Assembly: GCF_049584895.1 (NCBI RefSeq)
Contig: NZ_JBAUYR010000036.1
Location: 122,191 to 186,190 of the forward strand
Length of the DNA: 64,000 bases
Reading direction: 5' to 3'
Origin: Candidatus Binatus sp.
Lineage (GTDB): Bacteria; Desulfobacterota; Binatia; Binatales; Binataceae
Below, piece after piece: positions 1 to 9,313 of this stretch (position 1 is the first letter of the stretch; every line of letters begins with the position of its first letter). Under the pieces are notes generated by a model. It saw only the letters and a program-made list of their open reading frames with translations, did no database searches and was not told where the DNA came from. A program made the translations under genes and the position numbers.

Positions 1-437
1 AGCGGATGTTCGATCAGGGCCTCGACGCGCGCCGGCTGGTGACGATGGCGTCGATCGTCGAGAAGGAAGCGAAGGCACCCGATGAGCGGCCGCTGATCGC
101 AGGTGTCTTTTACAATCGGCTGCGGCTCAATATGCCGTTGCAATCCGATCCTACCGCTGAGTACCAACTCGACGGCGCCAAGGAGTCGGCCGCGAGCGCG
201 GTTCACACGACGTCGGCATTCAACACCTACGATTTTACCGGCTTGCCGCCCGGGCCGATTGCGAATCCGGGATTGAAATCAATCGAGGCCGCGCTGTACC
301 CGACGCAGACCGATTTTCTTTATTTCGTAGCGCGCGAAGGCGGCACTCATGTCTTTTCGAAGTCGTACGACGAGCATCGGCACGTGATCGCGCTCGAGCG
401 GAAAGACCCCGTCGGCAAACCACCAGGAGCCCGGTAG
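1..437 (+). CDS. mltG: endolytic murein transglycosylase MltG (YceG family), C-terminal part. The 5' end is truncated by the window edge; the reading frame starts at nt 3.
   Basis: ORF 6..437. Motifs match YceG/MltG C-terminal domain: 'GLPPGPIANPG', 'LYFVA...GTHVFS'. No start codon in frame before the window edge. Confidence 0.7.
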   Translation, partial: RMFDQGLDARRLVTMASIVEKEAKAPDERPLIAGVFYNRLRLNMPLQSDPTAEYQLDGAKESAASAVHTTSAFNTYDFTGLPPGPIANPGLKSIEAALYPTQTDFLYFVAREGGTHVFSKSYDEHRHVIALERKDPVGKPPGAR

Positions 438-460
438 AAAAGGCTTCTTGCGGCCATCGG

Positions 461-2068
461 TTGTACGGTCGCATCTGCGTCGAGTACGCTATAATTTCTA
501 TTCCTGTGGACAATCCGGTCGAGACAATCGGCACTGCGAGCGCGCGAATCGCGCGGCTGGCGGCAATTCGCACAATGCTGTGTGCAGTTGCGCCTGCGCT
601 CACCGCGATTGCGCTCGGAATATTGCTCGAGCCTATCGGCGATGCGACGTGGGCGCGGTACGGATACTCGCTGACGCCGGATCGCGCCAACTTGCTGAGC
701 CTCTTACTGGTCGGCGCGGGACTTGTCGTGCTTGCGGCCGGAATAGTGATGGCGTTTCGCGCTTATCGGCGCGCCAACGACTTCGTTGCAGCCGCCGCCG
801 AGCTCGACGACCTGCTGGAATGCAACCAGGAGATCGTTACGTTCGCGACGCTGGCGAATCCGTCGACGCCCGAGAGCAGTCGCGCGCGGCGCACACCGCT
901 TTTTCCGATTCTGTGGCGGCGCGCGATCGCGCTGTTCGGCGGTCTCGACATCCGCCGCGAATTCAAACTCGAAGTCGGCGAGCCGCTCAAGCGCTCTTCG
1001 ATTTTCGCCGGCGTGGTCGCGCTCGCGATGGTGCTGGCGACCCTCGGATTAGTGCGAGCGCCGACGCCCGAGAATAGAGAAGCCGCCAAGCTGCGCGCGA
1101 TCGCCGAAGAGATCGCGCGAACCTCGACGAGCGCCGACGATACCGCGCTCGCAGATAATATTCGCAAGGCGGCAGACGCGCTGGAAAATTCCAAGCTACC
1201 GCCCGAGGAGAAAAAGGCGCGCCTCGAGGAAGCGATGAAGCAGGCCAGGAAGGCTGCCGAAAAGCGCAACAACAGCCAGTCAGGAAAAAATCAAGGCAAC
1301 GGCAAATCAGCCTCGCAGAACGGAAAGGGCAGCGGCAACAGCAAGGGCCAGGGGAATTCATCGGGCACTGGTAGCGGTCAGGGCAAGAGCGGGACCGGTA
1401 GCGGTCAGAATGCCGGCGGCAACAACTCGGGCTCGGGCAAAGGCGGCACTGCCAACAATTCGGGCAAGAACCAGGGCGGAAACGGATCGGCGAAGAACGA
1501 CAAGAACAAGAGCGACCAGACCAATATCGAGCTCCAGAACGAGCTCGCCAAAGCCGAAGCACAGGTCGAAACCGCCAACGCAAAAAATCCCGGCCCCGAC
1601 AGCCAGCCCGGCAACGACAAGAATCAAGGGGGCGCCAACAAGCCCGGCGACAAGTCCAATCAGAGCGGCAGTCAGCCCGATCCTAACAAGCCCGGCGACA
1701 TCCCGAGGCCGAGCGCCAACGGCGATCGCAATCTTCCCAACGCCGGTGGCAATCCGAAAAATAATACCGACATGGGCTCGAACCTCGGCGATACGCATCT
1801 CGGCGAGATGCCAACGTCGACCAATGCGCAACGCTTCCTGAAGCCCGGCGAGAAAGGCTCGACCGTCGATATCAAGGATGCGCGTTACGTCATGTTCCGA
1901 TTGCCGGGCGCGCCCACTACCGGTAACGGCGGGAAAACTGTGCTCGATACCGATCGGCTCAAGGCGACGACCGCGTACGTCAATGCTCCGCTTGCGCCGA
2001 CCCGCGACGACGCGCCGCCCGACGAGCGACAACTGGTTCCGCCGCGCTATCGGGACATGATTCACTAG
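461..2068 (+). CDS. hypothetical membrane protein with a long G/N/S/K/Q-rich low-complexity (disordered) region. The start is uncertain; alternative ATG at 578.
   Basis: 535-aa ORF. Predicted TM segments near aa 40-100 and 165-185. Region 'GKNQGNGKSASQNGKGSGNSKGQG...' is about 150 aa of low complexity. Sits directly upstream of the MoxR/DUF58/BatA cluster, same strand. Confidence 0.55.
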   Translation: MYGRICVEYAIISIPVDNPVETIGTASARIARLAAIRTMLCAVAPALTAIALGILLEPIGDATWARYGYSLTPDRANLLSLLLVGAGLVVLAAGIVMAFRAYRRANDFVAAAAELDDLLECNQEIVTFATLANPSTPESSRARRTPLFPILWRRAIALFGGLDIRREFKLEVGEPLKRSSIFAGVVALAMVLATLGLVRAPTPENREAAKLRAIAEEIARTSTSADDTALADNIRKAADALENSKLPPEEKKARLEEAMKQARKAAEKRNNSQSGKNQGNGKSASQNGKGSGNSKGQGNSSGTGSGQGKSGTGSGQNAGGNNSGSGKGGTANNSGKNQGGNGSAKNDKNKSDQTNIELQNELAKAEAQVETANAKNPGPDSQPGNDKNQGGANKPGDKSNQSGSQPDPNKPGDIPRPSANGDRNLPNAGGNPKNNTDMGSNLGDTHLGEMPTSTNAQRFLKPGEKGSTVDIKDARYVMFRLPGAPTTGNGGKTVLDTDRLKATTAYVNAPLAPTRDDAPPDERQLVPPRYRDMIH

Positions 2069-2092
2069 CTTCACGATAAGGAAGGACAACGG

Positions 2093-3112
2093 ATGGGAGC
2101 GGCTCCTCAGCAAATTTCACCCGATCAGCGGGTGGCGGATTTTCGCAAGATTTTCTCGCGCGCCGAGAGCGAAGTCGCGCGCGTAATCGTGGGTCATCGC
2201 GAGGTAGTAAGAAAAATGCTGACCGCGCTGTTTTGCGGCGGCCATATTTTGATCGAAGGCGTGCCCGGACTCGGCAAGACCCTGATGGTCAAGGCGGCCA
2301 GCGAAACGCTCGGACTCAGCTTCAAGCGAATCCAGTTCACGCCCGACCTGATGCCCTCGGACATCATCGGCACGCAGGTGCTGACCGAGGCTGAGGGCCA
2401 TCGCGAGTTCCAGTTCAAAGAGGGCCCGATCTTCGCGCACATGGTATTGGGCGACGAGATCAATCGCGCGACTCCGAAGACGCAGTCGGCCGTGCTCGAA
2501 GCGATGGAGGAGCATCAGGTCACAGTCTTCGGCACCACTTATATTCTCGAGCCGCCGTATATCGTGCTCGCCACGCAAAATCCGATCGAGCTCGAAGGAA
2601 CCTATCCGCTGCCCGAGGCGCAGATGGATCGGTTCATCTTCAAAGTCGTGATGGGATCGCCCAAGCCCGACGAATTGCGCGAAATCCTCAACCGCACCAC
2701 CGGCACGGCGCAAAACAAAATTCAGCCGCTGTTCGAACCGTCACACGCGCCGCGTGCGATCGAGGATCTCAAGGCGCTCGTGCGCGAGGTGATGGTGGCC
2801 GAGCCGCTCGAGCGTTATATCATCAGCGTGATCGGCGGATGCACGCCCGGCGGTCCCGGCACGCTTCCCGAGGTCTCGCAATATTTGCGCTTCGGACCGA
2901 GTCCGCGCGGTGCGCAGGCGCTGATTTTGTGCGCCAAGGTTAACGCCTTGCTCGCGGGTCGCGTGAGTGTGAGCTACGACGATATCGATGACGCCATCAT
3001 CCCGTGCCTGCGCCATCGCCTGCTCCTCAACTTCCAGGCCGAGGCCGAGAGCGTCACCGCAGAATCGATCCTCGAGCAGGTGATAAAGCGGCTCAAGAAG
3101 CCGCGCACGTAG
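2093..3112 (+). CDS. MoxR-family AAA+ ATPase
   Basis: Walker A 'GVPGLGKT', Walker B 'VLGDEINRA' and sensor region typical of MoxR. RBS AAGGAAGGA upstream. 339 aa. Confidence 0.9.
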   Translation: MGAAPQQISPDQRVADFRKIFSRAESEVARVIVGHREVVRKMLTALFCGGHILIEGVPGLGKTLMVKAASETLGLSFKRIQFTPDLMPSDIIGTQVLTEAEGHREFQFKEGPIFAHMVLGDEINRATPKTQSAVLEAMEEHQVTVFGTTYILEPPYIVLATQNPIELEGTYPLPEAQMDRFIFKVVMGSPKPDELREILNRTTGTAQNKIQPLFEPSHAPRAIEDLKALVREVMVAEPLERYIISVIGGCTPGGPGTLPEVSQYLRFGPSPRGAQALILCAKVNALLAGRVSVSYDDIDDAIIPCLRHRLLLNFQAEAESVTAESILEQVIKRLKKPRT

Positions 3113-3114
3113 CA

Positions 3115-4014
3115 ATGTTCGGATTGCCGGATGAGTTTACGCCGGGATTTCTCGCCCGGCTCGAAAAGCTCAGGATCAGAACCCGCCAGCGCTATGCCGG
3201 GCTAGGCCGGGGCATGCACTTGTCGCCCAAGCGCGGCTCGTCGCTCGAGTTCAACGACTACCGCCACTACTCGCCCGGCGACGACTTCCGCTACATCGAT
3301 TGGGGACTTTACGGCCGCAGCGACAAACTCTACATCAAGCTGTTTCAGGAAGAGGAAGACCTGCTCACGTACATCTTCGTCGACGCAAGCGCGTCGATGG
3401 GATATCCAGCGGGCGATCGCAAATTCGAATCCGCGATGCTGACCGCGCTCGCGCTCGCGTACGTCGCGCTCGCCAGCGGCGATCGCGTGATGCTGCGGGT
3501 GCTCGGGGGCAAGGGCGCGAAGGTGAATCCGTCCTTCGTCAACGGGCGCCATCGAATCGTCGAGCTCGCGCGACGCCTTCACGATCTGAAACCGGGCGGG
3601 CAGTTCGATTTCGCGACTTCGCTCGCGACCGAGCTGCTCTCGATTCGCCGCGCCGGCAAAGTGTTCATCGTTTCCGATTTCCTGATGCTGCTCAACTCGG
3701 TCACGAAAGGCCTTGGGATGTTCACCGCGGCCTCGATGGATCTCACGGCCGTGCAGATTCTCGGCGGGCGCGAGCTCAATGGACAAGGACTCTCCGGCGA
3801 CGTCGAGGTGATCGACTCCGAATCGGGCGAGCGGCTGCGGGTATCGATCGGCGATCGCGAGCGCACGCAATATCGCGAGACGATGCTGCGGCTGACGCGC
3901 GAAATAAAATCGTTCTGCCTCAAGCGCGGGCTGCACTACTCGCTCTACACCACCGACAACGACTTCCAGCAATTCTTTGTCCGCGCGGTGCGCGACCTCG
4001 GCCTGGCGCATTGA
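3115..4014 (+). CDS. DUF58 domain protein (MoxR-associated)
   Basis: Motifs 'GSSLEFNDYRHYSPGDDFRYIDW' and 'IFVDASASM' typical of DUF58. ATG at 3115 immediately follows the MoxR stop. The ORF-track N-terminal extension (3004) overlaps MoxR and is rejected. Confidence 0.85.
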   Translation: MFGLPDEFTPGFLARLEKLRIRTRQRYAGLGRGMHLSPKRGSSLEFNDYRHYSPGDDFRYIDWGLYGRSDKLYIKLFQEEEDLLTYIFVDASASMGYPAGDRKFESAMLTALALAYVALASGDRVMLRVLGGKGAKVNPSFVNGRHRIVELARRLHDLKPGGQFDFATSLATELLSIRRAGKVFIVSDFLMLLNSVTKGLGMFTAASMDLTAVQILGGRELNGQGLSGDVEVIDSESGERLRVSIGDRERTQYRETMLRLTREIKSFCLKRGLHYSLYTTDNDFQQFFVRAVRDLGLAH

Positions 4015-4025
4015 AGAGTTAACCG

Positions 4026-5834
4026 ATGGGACTGCTCTATCCAGGCGCGCTCGTTTTTTTTGCCCTCGTGCCGGCGCTCGTGCTTGCGTACCTGGCACGG
4101 GAGCGGCCGTCGCGCGTGACGGTCTCGAGCGTGCTGGCGTTCCGCGCGCTGCGCGGTTTTCGACGCGAGCGTTTCGGCGGATGGCCGCGGCTGGACTGGA
4201 TGTTCTTCGCCGAGGTTTTGATCCTGAGCCTGGTGGTGCTCGCGATGGCGAGCCCGTTCATCTGGAAACGAAGTTCTCCGCTCGCCGTCGTGATCGACAA
4301 TTCCGCCGCGATGCAGGCGCTGACGCCCTCGGGTAAGACCCGTTTCGACATCGCGCGCGAAAAGCTCGACGCGGAATTGTCAGCCGAAAATGGCGGCGGC
4401 GAGATTTCCGTTTACACCACCGCGCCGCAACCGCGAAGGGTCGCGCCGCCGTTCATCACGCTGACCGAAGCGCGCCTGGCGCTGCGCCGAATCAAGCCGA
4501 CCGACGCGCCCAACGATCAAACTACGCTGGAGAACTTTCTCAGCAACCTCGCGTCGGAGGCGCGCGTCGCGAAGGTGATTTTTGCCGGCGCCAATGCGCT
4601 AGCAGCGCCGGTCCCCGCGCGGATTCATCCGATTGCGGTCGGCGATGCGGTCGTAAACGCCGCGATAGGGTCATTCACATTGAGGCGCGAAGTCCTTGGC
4701 GCGGAAGCACTTCATGCGAGTCTGACCATCGCCAACTTCAGTCCTGAAACGCGCACGCTCGACCTCGTCGTGACCGGTGACGGCAAGGAGGTCGCCCACG
4801 CGAGAGAAGCGCTCGGCGTGCGCGAGACCGCCACGCTCGAGTTTCCCAAAATACCTCCCGCGCGCATCTACCAGGCGAAACTCGCGCCCGACGACGCGCT
4901 CGCGCTCGACAACGTTGCCTACGCGACGGCCGGGTCCGTCAAGAACGTGTCGATTCTCTTCATCGGCCCGACTCCCGCCGATGCCGACGGGCTGAATTCG
5001 ATTCCCGGTGTAGCAGTTACCGCAAAGAGTCCCGATTCATATTCACCCGACGAGCTCGGCAATTACGATCTGGCGATTTTTGAATACGCCACGCCCAAGG
5101 AATTGCCGGCGGTGAACACGATGCTCGTGATGCCGCCGCCGGGCGATCCCGTTTTCGGATTGACGGTGACTCCCACTGCGAAGGTCGAGATTGCCGGATG
5201 GCACACGACTGACACGCTCACCGATTCGGTGAATTTCCGCCTGCTGAGTCTGCGCGGCGGCGAGTATTTCGGGACGCATCCGTGGATGAGCCAGGTGGTC
5301 GGGGGCGACGGCGGCGCGCTGCTGTTGAAAGGCGAACGCGGCGCGCATCGTTTCGTCGCGACCGGCTTCAATCCGTTCCCGTATCTCGGGCGGCGTAACC
5401 TGCCGATGTCGATCCTGACCCTGAACGCGATCAGCTATCTCGCCGGCCTCGGCTCGACCAGTAGCGGCTACCGCACCGGACAGCCGTGGCTGGTACCGGC
5501 GGGAGTCGATCGCGTAATACTGCCCTCGGGAAAAAAGAAGGTGGCGCATCCGGGCACGCTCTTTACCGACGTCTCGGAGCAAGGAGTCTATGAACTCGTC
5601 GGCCCCGGCGATGCCCGGACGCCGCGCGCGGTGAATCTCGCCGATCTCACCGAGTCGGATCTCTCCAGCTCGCCGTTGCTTAAAGTCGAAACCCCAAATT
5701 CAGCCTCCGCTGCCGCGCCGGTGATGGAGAAGTCGTCGCTCAGCGATTATCTGCTCTTCGCGATCATCGCGCTGACGGCTCTGGAAGCGCTCATCGTGTA
5801 TCGCCGCCGCCGAATCGTCGAGGCCGCGCCATGA
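4026..5834 (+). CDS. BatA N-terminal-domain (aerotolerance regulator N-terminal) membrane protein
   Basis: N-terminus 'LLYPGALVFFALVPALVLAYLARERP..VSS.LAFRAL' matches the BatA_N double-TM domain. C-terminal TM helix. 602 aa. Overlaps the next gene by ATGA. Confidence 0.75.
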   Translation: MGLLYPGALVFFALVPALVLAYLARERPSRVTVSSVLAFRALRGFRRERFGGWPRLDWMFFAEVLILSLVVLAMASPFIWKRSSPLAVVIDNSAAMQALTPSGKTRFDIAREKLDAELSAENGGGEISVYTTAPQPRRVAPPFITLTEARLALRRIKPTDAPNDQTTLENFLSNLASEARVAKVIFAGANALAAPVPARIHPIAVGDAVVNAAIGSFTLRREVLGAEALHASLTIANFSPETRTLDLVVTGDGKEVAHAREALGVRETATLEFPKIPPARIYQAKLAPDDALALDNVAYATAGSVKNVSILFIGPTPADADGLNSIPGVAVTAKSPDSYSPDELGNYDLAIFEYATPKELPAVNTMLVMPPPGDPVFGLTVTPTAKVEIAGWHTTDTLTDSVNFRLLSLRGGEYFGTHPWMSQVVGGDGGALLLKGERGAHRFVATGFNPFPYLGRRNLPMSILTLNAISYLAGLGSTSSGYRTGQPWLVPAGVDRVILPSGKKKVAHPGTLFTDVSEQGVYELVGPGDARTPRAVNLADLTESDLSSSPLLKVETPNSASAAAPVMEKSSLSDYLLFAIIALTALEALIVYRRRRIVEAAP

Positions 5835-8407
5835 TTCCCGCAGGCATGCCGCATGATTTGACGTTTGCGCATCGCGACCTTCTCTACCTGCTCGCGATTC
5901 CCGCCGTCATTCTGCTTTGGGGTCTTATCAACGCGCGTGAGCTTCGCCGCGTGTTTGCCCCACTGATGCGCGCGATAGTGCTCGCGCTGTTCGTCGTCGC
6001 GCTCGCAAATCCGCAGCAAGTGATGCATTCCGAGGGCGCGGCTCGCCCCGCGATCGTCGATGCGAGCGCGAGTATCACGCCTGCGATGCGCGCGTGGACG
6101 CTGAAATTGCTGCACGACGATCTCGGTCTGCGCGCGGGAGATCCCGCGTACATGTTCGCGGGCGACGCGACGCCGCAATCGATCGGCGCCGTCGAATCCG
6201 CGTTCGCCAACGGAAGCGGATGCGCCGAATGCGGGCCGGGCGCGACCAATCTCGAAAGCGCGCTCTATCGTATCGCGGCGGATCCCGACGCGCATGGCGG
6301 CCCGGCCGTGATGGTCACCGACGGCTGGCAAAATCGCGGCGACGCGGACCGCGCTATCAGCGCGATCGTCAACGCCGAGATTCGCCTCGACATCTTCACG
6401 CCGCCGGGTGCGCGGTCGATTCCCAACGTCGCGATGACGGCGCTCTCGCTTCCGCCTGCCCTCGAGAAAGCCGCGCCCTTCGAGCTCGGCGTCACGATGG
6501 AAAATCTCAACGACGCTTCCGTGACCGGTACAATCGCAATCGAGCGCGATGGCGCGCTGATCGATCAGCGCAAAGTGACGCTGCCGCGCGGGTCGCAACG
6601 CTTCGACTTTCCCGTTCGCACCGAAGCCGCGGGCCTGGCTTCGTACTCCTCGACCTACAAGCCCGACAATCCCGCGTTCGACGCGTACCTCGAGGACGAC
6701 TCTCTCAAGGGATGGGTCGGTGTCGGCACCCGGCGCAAGGTTCTGATTCTCACCGACAGCGCGAAGGACGCGAACTACCTCGGCACCGTCGTCAATCGGA
6801 TGGGCTTCGATCCCACCGTCATTCCCGTCACCGGCGGGACGTGGGACGGCGCCGTCACCGGCTATGACGCGGTGCTGATCAACAACGTCCCCAGTGAACG
6901 AATCGCGCCGGCCGCGCAGAATGCGATGGTGGCGTATGTCAGCCGCGGCGGATCGCTCGCGATGGTTGGCGGCGATTCGAGTTTCGGCCTTGGTGGCTAT
7001 GCGGACAGTCCGCTCGCGCCGATAATGCCGGTGACCATGAAGCCGCCTCAGCACAAGGAAAAGAAACGCGCGCTGGTTTTGATTATCGACAAGTCGGGCT
7101 CGATGGGCCGCAACGACAAACTCACTTACGCCAAGGCCGCCGCCGAGACCGTCACCAAAAATCTCAAGGACAACGACCTGATCGGCGTCATCGGATTCGA
7201 CTCGCAGCCGTTCGTTGTAATCCCGCTGCAACCGGTCGGGCAGAGCCGCGCCTATTTCAATCAGATGATCGACCGGCTCTCCGCGCACGGCCAGACCTTC
7301 CTGATTCCCGCGCTGCGCGAGGCCGAACGCACGCTCGGCAACAGCGGCGCGCAGTCCAAGCACGTAGTGATCCTCACCGACGGCGAGACCGGTGGCACCG
7401 CCGAGATGTACTACGACCTCGTCTCACGGATGCATCATGACTCCAATACGACAATCTCGACCATCGCAGTCGGCACTGAGGCCAACATCGACCTCCTGCA
7501 AGCGATCGCGAAATACGGCGGCGGTTCGTACTACCAAACCGACAGTGCGAGCAATCTGCCGCAGCTTTTCGTCGAGGATTTCAAAGCCCACGGCGGCGAG
7601 ATCACGATGGTGGAAAAAGAATTCACTCCGCGCACCGCAAGCCCTGACGCGATTCTGAAAGACCTCGCATCGCGCCAGATGCCGCCGCTGAAAGGCTACG
7701 TCTCCACCGAAATAAAGCCGAGCGCCACGATGGATATGTACGTCGATCGAGCCGACACCCACGAACCCGTGATCGCGAGCTGGAAATACGGCGCAGGCAA
7801 GGTGATGGCGGTGACGACCGATGCCAGCGGCCGCTGGTCTGGGACGTGGGTCACTTCAAACCTCTTCGCGCCGCTGTGGGACCGACTGCTCGCATGGATG
7901 ACGCCGGAAGTGCCGACCGAGCCGAAGATCGACGTCGCGCTCGGCTACAACGCGGGGCGCATCAACATCAAGCTCACCGATTACAGCGCCGAGCCCGGCA
8001 ACGCTGCGCGTCTCGTGACTGTAATCGTGACGCGGCCCGACGGAACCCGTACTGAAACCGCGCTGACTGAAGAAGTGGTGGGCGAGTTGTCGGGATCGAT
8101 CGACGCCCCCGCGCCCGGCAATTACTACTTCGAAGTGCGTTCGCCGGCCGGCAAGGATAAAAAATTTCCGCCGCTCGCGTTCACCGTCAGCCCGAGCGTC
8201 AACGCCGAACTGCCGCGCCCCGAACCCAATTATGGCCTGCTTGAAAAGCTCGCGTCCGCGACTGGCGGACGTCTCAATCCTTCGCCGGCGGAAGTCTCGA
8301 CCGAGCGCGCCATGCTCGAGCGCCGCGTCTCGATGAATCCGTACCTGCTCGTCGCCGCTATGATACTGCTAATCGGTGAAGCGCTGGTGCGCCGGCTGAC
8401 CGCATGA
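5831..8407 (+). CDS. von Willebrand factor A (VWA) domain protein with GATase1-like (DUF1355-like) region, membrane anchored
   Basis: VWA MIDAS motif 'LIIDKSGSM'. N- and C-terminal TM segments. 858 aa. ATGA overlap with the upstream gene. Confidence 0.8.
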   Translation: MIPAGMPHDLTFAHRDLLYLLAIPAVILLWGLINARELRRVFAPLMRAIVLALFVVALANPQQVMHSEGAARPAIVDASASITPAMRAWTLKLLHDDLGLRAGDPAYMFAGDATPQSIGAVESAFANGSGCAECGPGATNLESALYRIAADPDAHGGPAVMVTDGWQNRGDADRAISAIVNAEIRLDIFTPPGARSIPNVAMTALSLPPALEKAAPFELGVTMENLNDASVTGTIAIERDGALIDQRKVTLPRGSQRFDFPVRTEAAGLASYSSTYKPDNPAFDAYLEDDSLKGWVGVGTRRKVLILTDSAKDANYLGTVVNRMGFDPTVIPVTGGTWDGAVTGYDAVLINNVPSERIAPAAQNAMVAYVSRGGSLAMVGGDSSFGLGGYADSPLAPIMPVTMKPPQHKEKKRALVLIIDKSGSMGRNDKLTYAKAAAETVTKNLKDNDLIGVIGFDSQPFVVIPLQPVGQSRAYFNQMIDRLSAHGQTFLIPALREAERTLGNSGAQSKHVVILTDGETGGTAEMYYDLVSRMHHDSNTTISTIAVGTEANIDLLQAIAKYGGGSYYQTDSASNLPQLFVEDFKAHGGEITMVEKEFTPRTASPDAILKDLASRQMPPLKGYVSTEIKPSATMDMYVDRADTHEPVIASWKYGAGKVMAVTTDASGRWSGTWVTSNLFAPLWDRLLAWMTPEVPTEPKIDVALGYNAGRINIKLTDYSAEPGNAARLVTVIVTRPDGTRTETALTEEVVGELSGSIDAPAPGNYYFEVRSPAGKDKKFPPLAFTVSPSVNAELPRPEPNYGLLEKLASATGGRLNPSPAEVSTERAMLERRVSMNPYLLVAAMILLIGEALVRRLTA

Positions 8408-8967
8408 AGAAGCACGACCCAATTCACGCCAACCATCGCGTACAGCGCGACTATCCCGCCAAGGTGAAATTCTGTCCGCTATGTGGCGCCGCGATGGAGT
8501 CGCGCATGCTGATGCCCGAGAACGCCGAGCGCAAAGTATGCACGCGATGTGGCTTCGTGCTGTTCCCGGGACCGAAGCTGGTCGCCGGTTGCTTCGTCGT
8601 CGACGCGGGACGCGTGCTGCTCCTCCGCCGCGGCATCGAGCCCGCCGTCGGCAAGTGGACCTTTCCCGGCGGCTACGTCGATTTCGGCGAGAACGCCGCC
8701 GACGCCGCGCTCCGCGAGACGCGCGAGGAAGTCGGCATGCGCGTCGCGCTCGGTCTTCTGCTCGGAGTGTTCAACGATGGGCCGAATACCGTCGTCGTCT
8801 ATCTCGCCACACCCGGCAAGGAACCTCCGTCGCTCTCGGACGAAGCGACCGGAGTCCGCTACTTCGCCCCCGACGACATCCCATGGCCCGACCTCGCCTT
8901 CCCGACGACGATAGACGCCATTACCGCTTGGGTCGCGTCCACCCGAAAACCCCGCCAATCAGCTTAA
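8404..8967 (+). CDS. NUDIX hydrolase with N-terminal zinc-ribbon (NudC-like architecture)
   Basis: CxxC...CxxC ribbon 'CPLCG...CTRCG'. Nudix box 'GGYVDFGENAADAALRETREEVG'. ATGA overlap with the upstream gene. Confidence 0.8.
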   Translation: MKKHDPIHANHRVQRDYPAKVKFCPLCGAAMESRMLMPENAERKVCTRCGFVLFPGPKLVAGCFVVDAGRVLLLRRGIEPAVGKWTFPGGYVDFGENAADAALRETREEVGMRVALGLLLGVFNDGPNTVVVYLATPGKEPPSLSDEATGVRYFAPDDIPWPDLAFPTTIDAITAWVASTRKPRQSA

Positions 8968-9068
8968 ATTTCCGGCGTCGAGCATTAGCCGTTCTGACGC
9001 AATTGTGCTAATTAATTTATCTTGATACCCGGCGCCTGCGGCCATTCCAAGTTAAGGAGGTGGCTTTT

Positions 9069-9287
9069 ATGGAACGGGTTGAAGTGGTTTGCGGCAACGT
9101 TTTCGTCATCCGGACTCGTCAGCTGAGTCCCGACTGGTGGTGCTGCGACCTGTACGAGCGGGTCGACAGCGAAGCCGGAGTCGAAGCCTTCGTGCTCGAG
9201 GATTTCGGCCAATCGGAAATGGAAGCGATCGGGATGGCGCTCAGCGACGCGCACGAGCCCAACCACATCCAGCATCACCACCACTGA
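9069..9287 (+). CDS. small hypothetical protein (72 aa) ending in HIQHHHH
   Basis: Consensus SD AAGGAGG (9054-9060) sits 8 nt before ATG 9069. AT-rich promoter-like region upstream (9001-9050). No recognisable family. The ORF track starts at GTG 9060, but the ATG is a better fit to the SD. Confidence 0.5.
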   Translation: MERVEVVCGNVFVIRTRQLSPDWWCCDLYERVDSEAGVEAFVLEDFGQSEMEAIGMALSDAHEPNHIQHHHH

Positions 9288-9313
9288 TTCGCGGCGCGGC
9301 GACCAGTGAAAAA

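Noticed and set aside
235-1583. Long ORFs on the minus strand antisense to mltG and the first membrane protein (for example 235..690, 763..1272, 987..1583)
   Set aside because: These are typical spurious open frames of a 65%-GC genome. They have Arg/Ala/Ser-rich nonsense composition, no motifs, and they overlap well-supported genes on the other strand. The same reasoning was applied throughout for the many antisense or out-of-frame ORFs in the track.
3004-3114. N-terminal extension of the DUF58 ORF overlapping the MoxR 3' end
   Set aside because: ATG at 3115 sits directly after the MoxR stop and yields a typical DUF58 N-terminus. The extension has an Arg/Pro-rich, non-protein-like composition. 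The same logic was used to trim starts at 13734, 19427, 20166, 25251, 30433, 34558, 38118, 38881, 39545, 44341, 51407 and 56403.
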